A stretch of 64,000 bases of DNA from Eledone cirrhosa (taxonomy: Eukaryota). The notes below the pieces were generated by a model, which worked only from the letters and a program-made list of their open reading frames with translations, had not been told where the DNA came from and ran no database searches. Below, in pieces: positions 1 to 16,972 of this stretch. The first letter of the stretch is position 1. Each line of letters starts with the position of its first letter. The position numbers and the translations under genes were made by a program. The stretch is from contig OZ024741.1 of assembly GCA_964016885.1 (NCBI GenBank), forward strand, positions 291,214,001-291,278,000, given 5' to 3'.

Positions 1-236
1 TTTACTCTCTTGAGTTCCTTCACATAATACATATATATTTACATAATACATACATACATATATACTTACATAAGCATATACACACACACACACATACATA
101 CATACATAAATACATACACACACTATTGTATATGTGCATAAATTTATGTGATCCTGGAAGATTTTCCATATGTGTATGTCTGAGTATGTATGACTATCTA
201 TTTATATTTTTCTCTTGCTATCTCTATGGTGATGAC

Positions 237-308
<72 letters not shown>

Positions 309-711
309 AAATATTTCAGATTGTGTTCGTATATATATATTTCACTGTGCGTTTCTATTCGTCTGTGCATCTGTATAAATTTATGCGCTTATTTGCTTCA
401 ATGTGTGTGTGTCTGATAGCAAAGGTTTGTATGTATGTGTGTGATTTCATGTGTGTTTGTAAGAGTATATGTGTATTCGCACAATTACATATGTGCTTAT
501 CTGAGCGTCTGTGTATGAGATTTGATGTGCAGTTATACACCTATAAATGAATGTGTATGTGTGTTTATGTGTCAATTGATGTATATGTGTCTATCAGTAT
601 GTATGTGTGTGTATTTGACATAACGATATATGTATATAATATTGTATTTAGGACACACATCTGGTAAAGACTTCCTTCACCAACCCACCTCTCTCTCTCT
701 CTCTCTCTCTT

Positions 712-760
<49 letters not shown>

Positions 761-927
761 CTCTCTCTCTCTCCAGCGTATTCACAGACTTTCCAAGGAA
801 ACCTTGAATTATTTTTCGCATCACTTTCTTTTTGATTACGTACACACACTCACACACTCATGCATATGCATACCCCCCCCCCCCCACACACACACACCTA
901 TATATATATATTTATACACACACACAT

Positions 928-958
<31 letters not shown>

Positions 959-1454
959 CATATATTTATATACACACACACACATATATATATATATATA
1001 TTTATATATACATCTATGTATATATGAATACATATAAAGAGGAAAAGGTTGTGAGTAAGAGAGGGAAAGAGAGAGAAAGAGTGAGGGAGAGAGAGCATGA
1101 TTAACATTGCATCACTGATATATGTATATAATCTCACCAAATACACATACATTTACATAAATCCATAGATAAATGTATTCATACTTACTCGTGGATTGTA
1201 AAGGTAGTTTAGTGAAGGTAGAATCGGCAGAACAAGCAAGTATATAATTTCAGTTATTTATTACGGTCCTTTATCTTATAAATTCCATCGAGGTCATGGA
1301 AATGCTACATGAAGAGTTTGTGAAATCAGGGCCGCAACGTGCCGTGATCAGCGCAGGTGCCTGTGGCACACCAATGTTTAGAGAGATTGCACTTTTTTTA
1401 TCCATTCTTTTTTTTTTATTTCCGGTATGAAATTTCAATTACATAATATGCTCG

Positions 1455-1627
<173 letters not shown>

Positions 1628-1636
1628 TATATATAT

Positions 1637-2070
1637 GTGACGTATTCTATTCTATAGCGATTAGGTCTTCAAAATGTTTATTATAAACATACAGAATATT
1701 TTCGAATATTCTATGTCTATATTCACATATATATCGCTATTTCAGAGCATTTATTCCAATTTCTAATTTCTGCCGGACCGGCAACCGCTCTTTCAAACCA
1801 GTTCCTGTACACAGCTAAGTATTCTATAAGTCTCGAGCTGTGTCATTCTCGATAAAAGCACTGGATATGTAGTCCTGATGATTTCTAACGAGAATGAAAC
1901 GCGTAGATTACTTCCCTTGCTTTTATCGAGAATCTAATTGTAATACGTGACGTATTCTATTCTATAGCGATTAGGTCTTCAAAATGTTTATTATAAACAT
2001 ACAGAATATTTTCGAATATTCTATGTCTATATTCACATATATATCGCTATTTCAGAGCATTTATTCCAAT
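1637..2070 (+). mobile_element. Retrozyme-like non-coding element: 310-bp unit with a 124-bp terminal direct repeat and one central hammerhead, flanked by (TA)n
   Basis: 1637-1760 is repeated identically at 1947-2070 (GTGACGTATTC...TTATTCCAAT). An HHR lies between the copies, and both flanks are (TA)n. Confidence 0.8.
1869..1911 (+). ncRNA. Minimal type I hammerhead ribozyme
   Basis: GTAGTC-CTGATGA-tTTCT aacg AGAAt-GAAA-CGCG-TA-GATTAC: stem I (one G.U), intact core, palindromic stem III ACGCGT. Stem I is extended by ATTCTCGATAAAAGCA (1845-1860) pairing with TGCTTTTATCGAGAAT (1918-1933). Confidence 0.9.
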
Positions 2071-2078
2071 ATATATAT

Positions 2079-2391
<313 letters not shown>

Positions 2392-2579
2392 TATATATAT
2401 AAATGTTAACTTTTATTACTCCAAGTATAACCTACATAGAAATTACCGCGAACTCGCTGCTTAACTATAGAAGCATCTTGTTGAGTCAAAAAAGCCGTAC
2501 GTTAAAACCATCCACGACATAGAGTACTCTAACAGGATTACCTCTAAATGGATTACCTATAACGATAACTTGTTATCCC

Positions 2580-2610
<31 letters not shown>

Positions 2611-2617
<7 letters not shown>

Positions 2618-3572
2618 TAAAATAACAGATTAAAGTTTAAGCAAAGAATCGCTGCTTTCACCCTTAACGGGATCTTCTGAAACTAACAAAGTCAATCTGT
2701 AAACGCAGAACTGGATATTTCAAAAAACGTTGCAACCGGAGGAAGACAGGGAGACGATACTTTGGTTCGTGGTAACGTTCCCTGACAAAGAACGGGAAAA
2801 AACGAATAATACGTCATTAATAGGAGCGGTGAAAAACAATTACGCGCAAAGACAAAACCACGTTTATGGTATAAAAGAGGTCGTAGACTAATGTTCTCTT
2901 AGGTGGTGCATAGAGACGTTCTCTAAGGTTTTGCGTATGCTTGTGTATGTACGTATCTGTTTGCGTGTATGTATTTATTTGTTCCTATTACTTCTGTATT
3001 GTATTTATTTACTTTGTTCTTAACTCTGTAGCGGAGATTCATTTGGTCTCCTAGTTAGAATTTTAGTCTACGATTTCTGCTATACCATTTACGTGGTTTT
3101 GTCTTTACGTGGTTTTGTCTTTGTTCTCCACGGTCCACATATGACTTATTATCTTCGTTTTTTCGTTCATTGCCAGAGAACGTCTCTATGCACCACCTAA
3201 GAGAACATTAGTCTACGACCTCTTTTATACAATAAACGTCGTTTTGTCTTTGCGCGTAATTGTTTTTCACCGCTCCTATTAATGACGTATTATTCGTTTT
3301 TTCCCGTTCTTTGCCAGGGAACGTTACCACGAACCAAAGTATCGTCTCCCTGTCTTCCTCCGGGTTGCAACGTTTTTTGAAATATCCAGTTCTGCGTTTA
3401 CAGATTGACTTTGTTAGTTTCAGAAGATCCCGTTAAGGGTGAAAGCAGCGATTCTTTGCTTAAACTTTAATCTGTTATTTTAATAAATATTTGCTCTACG
3501 GTTCTTATATATTTGATATATATTTTCCTTATCGAGCCCTCTTTGGATTTTAGTCTTCAATTTTATTATTAT

Positions 3573-3577
<5 letters not shown>
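2611..3577 (+). mobile_element. Non-autonomous PLE family A fold-back copy (inverted 3' end + sense 3' UTR + tail)
   Basis: 2611-2924 is the reverse complement of 3175-3489. 2925-3577 matches the 3' UTR/tail of the PLE at about 23275-23921. HHR-like motifs at 2634-2684(-) and 3416-3466(+). (TA)n on both sides. Confidence 0.9.
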
Positions 3578-3609
<32 letters not shown>

Positions 3610-3612
<3 letters not shown>

Positions 3613-4298
3613 TATGAAGAGAGAAGAAACATTTAGATATAATTAGTAATAAAATGTATCATACCTAAACTGCTCCTAAATTCCTCGACTACGTAGTTTC
3701 GTGGCATAAACAAAAACAATATATCATAAAGATATAGAGTCCTTGCGAGGTCTGCCGACTTATCAAGAGGATACCTCATTTTACTAGTCTCAAGAACGCG
3801 TCTACACGACGTGAGAAAGAATCCCAAAAGGCGGAGGGGGAGATAGTCACGCGATATAACGGTCGAGAAACAGAGCTAAGCCTCTTATAACCCCGAAGAA
3901 AATACCACGGAGGCGGAGGGGGTATTTATATCGAGGCCGTAGAAGAGGTGGTGAAGAAGGCGAGAAGTATGAGTAATGGAAGCTTTCCGGCTGTCCCCAC
4001 ACCTCAAAGATTGCTCGACCAGAGGGAGTTATTAACAATATATTTAGAAACACACAGATACATGCGGACACACACAGATATACATGAATGCATCCGCACC
4101 CAACTGTGAGTTAAGGGTGCCAACTTCACCAATGTTGCTCAATGAATGACTGGGACAGACCAATTCAGTTCAACTGAATTGGTCTGTCCCAGTCATTCAT
4201 TGAGCAACATTGGTGAAGTTGGCACCCTTAACTCACAGTTGGGTGCGGATGCATTCATGTATATCTGTGTGTGTCCGCATGTATCTGTGTGTTTCTAA

Positions 4299-4305
<7 letters not shown>
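3610..4305 (-). mobile_element. HHR-bearing element ending in a perfect 134-bp-arm palindrome
   Basis: 4037-4170 and 4172-4305 are reverse complements with a 1-nt loop. The left extension contains a minus-strand HHR. Flanked by (TA)n. Confidence 0.75.
3682..3771 (-). ncRNA. Type I hammerhead with U3-A8 covariant core
   Basis: Minus strand reads TCCTC-TTGATAA-gtcGGCA..(~59 nt)..TGCCac-GAAA-CTACGTAG-TC-GAGGA. All three stems are present and the cleavage triplet is GUC. Confidence 0.75.
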
Positions 4306-5552
<1,247 letters not shown>

Positions 5553-5557
5553 TATAT

Positions 5558-5692
5558 AGGAAAGGAGTCAGGACTCCGACGGCTGAGCTCAGCCTTCCGG
5601 GTTCTGGCTCTTTCCCTATTACCCACTGTACTACCCTAAATATCAACTACTGCGTTATGCTCCATCTGGTTCCTTACCACACTTCCTTTGTT
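5558..5692 (+). mobile_element. Family C mini fold-back element (short inverted end + tail)
   Basis: Homologous to 58541-58702, 20575-20791, about 25978-26030 and 51358-51470. Lies between (TA)n arrays. Confidence 0.65.
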
Positions 5693-6579
5693 ATATATAT
5701 ATATATTAAAGAAAATAATAAATAATGAAAACAATGGGAAGGACTCTACCCCTGTCTAGGCGCTATACCTCACATGTGCCCCGTGGACATAATGGGAAAT
5801 ATATTGCCACAAGTGAACTTCAAGCGACATCTACTACATCAGCCACCCACCTCACAGGGTTCCTCCTTTTAGCTATTGTTATGATTTTAGCTTTTGTTAT
5901 TATTTGTTATGTAATGGCTCTAATTGGCTAAATAATGGCATTTAGGTGGAAGATATATAACACCATTTCGTTTGAAATCATCTGGGACACGAGTGCCTGT
6001 AATTGGTATTGCTCTGTTGTAAATATTTTAATTATTCCCAAGTGAAGTGTGTGGTTATCTTTATCTTGATCTCACGGTGAAATGACACTCTCTACTACAC
6101 TTTTCTGGCGGCGAAAAAGAAAGAAATGAAGTCATAGTTTTGGCTGGGCTATTTTTGACCATCGTTCCTCTCCGTCAGGAATAAATCAACAGCAATAAAA
6201 ACAACAAACAAACTATTAAAAAAATGAGAAGAGTTGGGAGTGAACGTGGGACCTAAGGAAGATCTATTTTGATGTAATGGTGCTGAAATCTAATCGATGA
6301 TGTATCAGTGTGTGTGTTTACATTTGTGTCTGTCCCGAAACGTAACGCTTCGACAAAACAGAGATCGATAAAATAAATACCAGACCTGAAAAACAAGCAC
6401 TGGGATCGATATGATTGACTAAATAAAGACGGTGCATTAGTTTGGTTGCACTCTAATGACTGTAACATTTAAACGAATGGCAATCTTGGGGAGCATATGC
6501 ACATCGGGGTCCCAGAAAATACACATACACACACCCGTACAAACACACCAATGTAGGCACTCATACACATCTTCTTCCT

Positions 6580-6925
6580 AAGCAGTGTCAACCTGAACCA
6601 CAGCGACAAAGTCCCTTCACCACACGTCTTCGTCCTACATTACCGCCTTGACGTCCTGGACGCTGTCCAGGTCGGTGTCTTTGATCAGGTTGTCGATGTA
6701 AGTGTATCGACGTTTTCCTTCCCTTTCAACTCCATGAAATGGGTTCTAAGTTCAGGGTGTCGCACACAATAATCAGGCGCACGTGGCCCTTTCCCTGATT
6801 CTTTCACAGACTTTTGGTATGTCTCCATAAAGTATTTATTTGTCATATGATGCTGCCATTTTACATTAAGGGCCATTCGTGGCATTCTTTTGTAGCAGCC
6901 CCTTAGCTCGCTTGTTAATTCCTCA
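6580..6925 (-). pseudogene. RTE-clade LINE 3' fragment
   Basis: Minus translations GCYKRMPRMALNVKWQHHMTN..CVRHPEL..GRKRRYTYIDNLIKDTDLD resemble the RTE C-terminus. Contains frameshifts and stops. Confidence 0.7.
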
Positions 6926-6994
6926 TACACATACACAGACACATAAAATATCATCTTCATCCACACTTACGTAATATATACATACATGAGTGCG

Positions 6995-8000
6995 ATCCTA
7001 CGTTATCATAAGCACCGTCGTTATCAACATCATCATCATTACCACCATCAACACCACCGCCAGCACCAACATCACTACCACCAACGCCACACACTTCCAC
7101 CCCACCACCACCACCACCATTATCAACACCACCACGAGCACCATTACCAACAATACCACTTCCACCATCATCACCAGCACCAACACCATAACCTTTGCCA
7201 CCGTCATCATCCCCAGCATCCACATCACCATCACCCCCACTATCAACAACACCGTCATTACGAATGTCCATACCACCGTCAGTATCTCCACCACCACCAT
7301 CACCACCACCATCACCGCCCCCACCCCCCACCCCAATCATCACCCACCCACCCCACCATTAACAAGATCCTTGTCATCATCACCGCCATCACCCCCCTCC
7401 CACCACCACAATCGTCATCATCACCATCACTACCACCACCACCACCGCCACCCTCGTCATCGTCACCACCACCACCACCACCACCATCACCACCACCACC
7501 ATCACCGTCACCACCACCACCACCACCCTCGTCATCATCACCAGGACCACCACCACCACACTCTCGTCATCATCACCACCACCACCACCACTCTCGTCAT
7601 CATCACCACCACCACCACCATCACCACCACCACCCTCGTCATCATCACCACCACCACCACCACTCTCGTCATCATCACCACCACCACCACCACCACTCTC
7701 GTCATCACCACCACCACCACCACCACTCTCGTCATCACCACCACCACCACCACTCTCGTCATCATCACCACCACCACCACTCTCGTCATCACCACCACCA
7801 CCACCACCACCCTCGTCATCACCACCACCACCACCACCCTCGTCATCACCACCACCACCACCACCCTCGTCATCATCACCACCACCACCACCACCATCAC
7901 CACCACTACCCCACCACCCTCGTCATCATCACCACCACCACCACCACCACTCTCGTCATCACCACCACCACCACCACCCTCGTCATCATCACCACCTGCC
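6995..8000. repeat. (ACC)n-derived compound minisatellite
   Basis: Decayed ACC/ATC triplets followed by many units of CTCGTCATC(ATC)(ACC)n. Confidence 0.9.
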
Positions 8001-9037
8001 AACGTCATTCGTCTAACATTCTTCGCTGTTATTTCTTTCATTTGTTTGTATGATATTTATTCTTCTTCCTTATTTCAGACATGTACCTGCTGCTCCCTCT
8101 CCTGCGCTTTCTCCCTCTTCTTCGCCTCATTTAAAAACAAGAAAGCAACTATTACCATCATCATTGCCGCCATAGCCACCCTCATTCACCAACCCCCCTA
8201 TAAATATCAACAACACCAACAACAACACCATTTCCATAGCAACGCACAATATTTGTCGAAATTCCATTGAACCACCCACCCAGAATCATTGGTCTTCTTT
8301 CAATTAATAACACACACACACATACACACACACACAACGTACACACGCACAGGCAGAGATCATACATACATGTACACACACACATAATCACATACTCACA
8401 AGCACACACAGATCATACATTCATACACACATGTATACGTACGTACGTACGTACATGCACATATATACACACGTGCAAACATGCACACATATATATTTAC
8501 GTATATACATACACAAATATATAGATACATAAATACTCACATATATACATACTACATCCATACATACATACGTACATACATGCATGCACACATACATACG
8601 TACATACATACTTACACACTTGCTCATACGTACAAACATATATACATTCGTACATACATTCTAATACGCAAGCACAAATTTGTACGTATAAAAATACATA
8701 TGGACACAGATGTACGTATACACACACATGTAAATGTACATTTATATATACATAGACAAACATGATGTAATATACATACATATAAAATCAGATACATGCG
8801 GGTGCATAGACATATATATAGCATACTGATATAGATATACATACGAATACATACACATAAACGCACGCATACTCAAACATATAGAGACAGGTACGCAAGT
8901 ACTTTTCATTTCTCAGAAGGAGTACACGCACATATACAATGAACCGCACCTTGTCCTCGTACACTTTGGGGAATATATATATAGATAGACATACACAGCG
9001 GAATAAATATTCACACAGTTACATAACACACACACAC

Positions 9038-9070
<33 letters not shown>

Positions 9071-9299
9071 AATTATATACACAAGTATATGTACACGTAA
9101 TTACACACACAAATATCTATTCCTTTACAAATAGGAAAATATACATATATACATATACTCAAACCTATACGAAAATGCTCACAATCACGTGGCTTAGTGG
9201 TTAAGAAGTTCACTTCTTTTAACAAGGTAGTTTTACGCTCTTATTCCATGCTGCACTTTCCAGCTACTTTGCTTTTCCTTACAACCCATTCATTTGTTT

Positions 9300-10670
9300 T
9301 AAAATAGGAAAGGCACATTGAATAGCTTAATAGAAGGCATGGTCATGGATGGAATGAGTTTGATATTAGGTTTGACATCAGGTTTAAAAACATCATCATC
9401 AACAGAAATAGAACTAATAATGCCTCCATCAAATACTATGATATCGGGCACATTATAGTACCAGAAATTTCGGACAGTCTTAAGCAACTGCTTGACAAGC
9501 ACAGTCTAACATGTTGCCACTTTGCTTCTCAACTACAGATCTTTGCCTAGCTAAATGCCATATCCTCGCCATCAAACGGTTCTCAGCTGGACAGCGGCAG
9601 TCAACGAATCGGTGTTTCCTTGTGACACAGCATCCGGATCTGCGAGCAACACAAATGCTGCAGATCAACAAAGGAGTATTTCGGCCTTCATGCACTGTTA
9701 TGTCATCTCAATGCCGGTTGCTTAGCAAGTAATGCCGCTCTCAACGATATCATAATATACAGCTTGGTGACTGCTGTTCAAACTGAGATAGTTAGACCGA
9801 AAGGAGGACAAATGGCCAGATCACATTACGAACTTCTTGTTCTGTGGTATTAAGCTCCTCATCTGGTATGAAACATGTAGTGTTACTACATGTGGTAAGT
9901 TGTTGTATTCCGCGAAAGTCTCCGGTTTTGTTGCCGGACAAGCTGAAGATTGTAAGCGGTTGAAATATTGACCGCTTTCCGATATATTTTTTGAAGCTAT
10001 AGCAGTGGAGTCTTCTCTGGTTCTGGATCCCCGAACCACCTTCTTACTCGCTGTTATGGGGATGAAGTTAGCCACCTACAGGAGTTAGCAGTGAAAGTTG
10101 CAATGGCTATTTGAAAGCGTCTACCCTGCACTAAATTATTGTAACGCCTTCTCTATTTTGTCCATTTGGCATACTCATGGCTGCTGCCTGTCGGAGAGCC
10201 TACTTCAGCCTTGTCTCGGTATATGTCACTGTGGTGCTGGTCTGTTTATGTTGTCATTTTTTTAGCTCTAATCCAGACCAATCCATCTTTGTCCTCAAAA
10301 CGTTTACCATTTACCTCCATGCATCTTTCTTCCCATAGCACGCCGACTAATTACTTCTTCTGTAGATCGCTAACGCCATTAACGTCATCAATTTGAGAAC
10401 GACTGAAAATAAATTCCGACCGTATGATCACGTTGAAATATCTTTCTTCATAGGATTGCTTTGACCTGTGGCTAAACAACAGGAAAAATGTTTTAAAACC
10501 GTGATCGCAGCATTTCCAATACACACATGAAAGCTCCCCTAATACACTATAAATCCCTCAACAAAAAGAGAAACAGGCAGGAATACATACATACTGACTG
10601 AGGGTTCTGTCGTCACTACCGGCGTTGTTGATTCTGTCTCTTTAACAACAGACACCAGTATGTCACACCC
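9300..10670 (-). pseudogene. Possible highly decayed Gypsy-like LTR retrotransposon remnant
   Basis: Weak motifs in gag-to-integrase order on the minus strand: GTGACA-tacTGGTG (LTR end/PBS-like), NGVSDLQKK*L (gag-like), DAVSQG..V*WRG (HHCC-like), YNVPDIIVFDGG (integrase-like). Confidence 0.3.
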
Positions 10671-10784
10671 ATTCCATTTCGACCATTTAGCATGAATACT
10701 AGAAATATACACCCTACTGATGTACACATACATAGACACACATATACACACATGAACATACAATATATGTGTTTGCGTGAGTTC

Positions 10785-12414
<1,630 letters not shown>

Positions 12415-12417
<3 letters not shown>

Positions 12418-13215
12418 ACTTTGATAACTTTGATAGGTTTCGGCCAGTATTGTCCCAGGTCATGTCTAACTTAATAGCACCACCTGGCGAAGTCTTACAA
12501 ATCAGTGTTTGGGCACCATGGCCCACTCGAACAGAGAGTTATTGTTTACGGAGGCATATCCGGGTGTAGGAGGCTTATCCGGAATTTCTTGAAGGAATTT
12601 ATCCAAAGACTTCTTGAACCTGATGGGGTCTGTTTCTGCTTTGATATGTTTTGGCGTAATGTTAAAGAGTGCAGGGCCAATTGAGGTGAAATAATTGTGT
12701 CGTATTGTTGTTATGTGATGCGAGTGGGATTTTTGTCGTGGGCGGATAGCACGGGGCTCAAGCCTTGGGTGTACACTAAAGGTGATGCCAACATCATTTG
12801 GGCTAAGCTGATGGAATATTTTCCACACCATACAGATAATGTAGCGCTCACGGCGACGTTGAAGAGAATAAAGTTTGATCTTTTCTAATCGACACCAATA
12901 GTCAAGGCCTGTCATGCCAACCATCTTTTTTGTAATTGACCTTTGGGGTGCTTCAACTTTCATGATACTTTGTTTCGTGTGGGGCGACCACAGTTGACAA
13001 CAGTATTTAAGGTGTGGGGGGGGGGGGCAAAAGTGGAGAAGAGAAGGACAACAGTGTGGATATCTCTCGACTGGAAAGTTTTGAGAATCCAGGAACACAT
13101 TCTGCGGGCCATATCAACTTTGGTGTTTATATGAGTGGCCCAGCTTATATTGTTTGTCCACAATTACTCCCAGGTCTCTGTTATTATTGGAAGCCACTAG
13201 AGTTACACCCGAAGA
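12415..13215 (-). pseudogene. CR1-like LINE 3' fragment
   Basis: YWCRLEKIKLYSLQRRRERY and FKKSLDKFLQEIPDKP, typical of CR1-group ORF2 C-termini. Short 3' UTR ending in (ATCAAAGTT)2. Confidence 0.8.
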
Positions 13216-13217
13216 AA

Positions 13218-13268
<51 letters not shown>

Positions 13269-13342
13269 CACCCATAATTTTGATTTAGATTAAATTCATT
13301 TTGATTTATATTAATTTTGTGTATATATATATATATATATAT

Positions 13343-13562
13343 CCAGGGGGTGTAACTTGGAGTTACTGCAGGTTCACCCGGGAGAGCACTCGATGTTTAG
13401 GTTCACTTCTGTGATGAGGTGTAGAGCTATACAGAGTGTAATATATTGGAAGGATAACAAGGACGATTGATTACTCCTTGAGCTGATCAGTGGCGAAACG
13501 CGCGTCACCTACCAATAAATGCAATGAAGGAGTAATCAATCGTCCTTGTTATCCTTTCAATG
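13343..13562 (-). mobile_element. Small fold-back element with HHR 3' half
   Basis: 13442-13479 is inverted against 13527-13564. The loop carries GAAA-CGCGCG-TC and AATAAA. Tail at 13343-13440. (TA)n flanks. Confidence 0.7.
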
Positions 13563-14830
<1,268 letters not shown>

Positions 14831-15726
14831 TTAAAGTGTTAAACAAGATTCAATGAGTACATCAAATAATGAGTTTTACAGTAGATTGGAAGCACTCTAC
14901 AGTCTAATATTTTCCCGAGTTATTAATATTAATTCATATATTAACAAAATAGATATTCTTGTGATCAATTGAATTTTATTACACATATTTCAGAGGTACT
15001 TGAATCAGGTTCAACAGTACATCCTCATCAGATAAAATAAAATGATACATACCATACCCTGACATGTTAGATGGTTAAGATTTAATCAAGGTAGTGATTA
15101 ACTTATGAGGAAAGTCAATATTTATACCCTAATAATAAGAACATGCGAAAACGTAATAGAATCAATAGAGAGGGTGTGAGTAAGAAAAACCTTTCTTTAA
15201 TGTAACAGTTATAGAGTCTGGAATACTACTGTAGGACTATGGAGGTAGACTTATCTGGAGTTATAATTTATTTAGTTTTTAGCTTGAGAATGCAACTGAT
15301 AGATAATTAAAGAGAGGGAGAGATAAAAGGGAGTAATTTATGCTCAAATTTTCTTCGGACATATATAAACATATATAAATATTTAATTCATGTTATTTTA
15401 GGGTAAAGAATCAAAATTTTAGGTTTTAAAAGTTGATGGTTATTTGTATTAATTTTATAAATTATATAAATTTTATAAATGTGTTAAATTTCTAAAATTC
15501 AAAGTTTTATGAAAACAAATTTAAAGGATTTACTAGGCCCACGAAAGAAAAATATATATACTGTTCAATATTCTCACAAAGGTAATCTTTAACAAAATTA
15601 CTTGTAACAGTGACAACATTTTCCATATGTATAGTTTATGAAGTATTTACTGTTATAACTATCAAGGAATTTATTGTTAAATAGTTATAGTGTCTAAAGT
15701 ATAATAATTAAACCAGAGTTTTCAGC

Positions 15727-15780
<54 letters not shown>

Positions 15781-16970
15781 CCAGGCTTGGTTGCTTACTG
15801 TTTTTTCCTGACCTTATGCGAATCTTGGAATGTAGACAAAGCTTTATGAAGGCAGTTTGAGAATAATTCACTTTTTTTGTTAATTAAGTTTTCATAATTA
15901 TTAATTATCAATAGGGTCTCCATTGCACTTGATATACTCGAGTTGAGATAAACTCCATTATTACAAAGTTTCGTCCAAAAGATCGAGTATTTTAAATTGT
16001 TGTCTTTTAATGACCATATAAGCTATGATAAATAAGTCGATGTTTTCCTATTAGAATTCGAAAATGAGCATTTATGATTCACAAATCTAGCCTTAATGTA
16101 GAAAAAGTCGCTCCTATGTAGTTGTATGTGTTGTTATCAGGTTTTACGGTGCATTTATACACCAAATTACTGTCCAAACAATTATTTTGCAGAGGGCAAT
16201 CTGGTTTATTTCTACAATTACATTTTGATTTATTATTATTTATGTTAACACTATTATTAAAATCATTATGCTGATTCTGCTTTAGAATTTTACTGTTTAT
16301 TTTAGCAATGTTTGGGCCATATTCATAGTTGTAGAATGAGATAATTTAATAGTGTGTCTATTAAAAATGGGATGGTATTTCTGTTGACTAGGGAAAGAGC
16401 TGTCCAAAGCTTTAAAGAATAGGTTTGCTATTGGTGGTCTTACTGCTACGGAAGCAGGAGAGGGCAAACCATATAACTGATTTAGCTCTGGTTCTTTTCC
16501 TCGATTTGTTCACCGTATAGGTGTTTGAATTATAATTATTAGAATTTCGTTTATATATGGATTATTTTTATCAGGATTAAAACTTGGATTATTATTATCT
16601 ACATATTCTATATTATTCTCATAACCTGCTCTTTTTAGCGCTTCATTGTAGTATCCTGCATTTTCATCAAATATTGCTTTATTGGCAGATATTCTATTAA
16701 TGCGTTTTTGCACACTATTTGCAATTGCTTTTTTTACTGACTTAGGGTGATTGGAGTAATAACTAACATACTTTAAGTTTTCATTGGGCTTATGAAAAGG
16801 GTAATAAAAGCCAGAGTTTAAGTTAAACGTAACATCAAGGAAATTAACTATTTTGGTACCACTTTCTACCTCTAACTTAAGGTCATACATTTTTAAGAAT
16901 TCAATTATACTTTTCTTTACTCTATTTACTTCAATATTGTTGTGTTTTACCACCGTAAATAAAATGTGGT
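14831..16970 (-). mobile_element. 5'-truncated, frameshifted Penelope-like element (PLE-B): RT C-terminus + GIY-YIG + 3' UTR with HHR
   Basis: VNFLDVTFNL..YYPFHKPN..SNHP (16510-16965), then CNCRNKPDCPLQNNCL..LVYKC..YIGAT..LIWSLK..LINKKSE (about 15800-16230). Homologous to the ORF at 21651-22816. Confidence 0.85.
14973..15038 (-). ncRNA. Type I hammerhead
   Basis: ATTTTAT-CTGATGA-gga tGTAC..GTAC ctct-GAAA-tatgtg-TA-ATAAAAT. Confidence 0.8.
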
Positions 16971-16972
16971 CA

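Noticed and set aside
6986-8270. His-rich 355-aa and Thr-rich 426-aa ORFs as genes
   Set aside because: Explained by an (ACC)n-derived repeat, with no domain or splice evidence.
10570-10700. Possible small host exon on the minus strand ([16 protein letters not shown] followed by GT)
   Set aside because: No clear acceptor or partner exons, and it could equally be the leader of the decayed LTR element.
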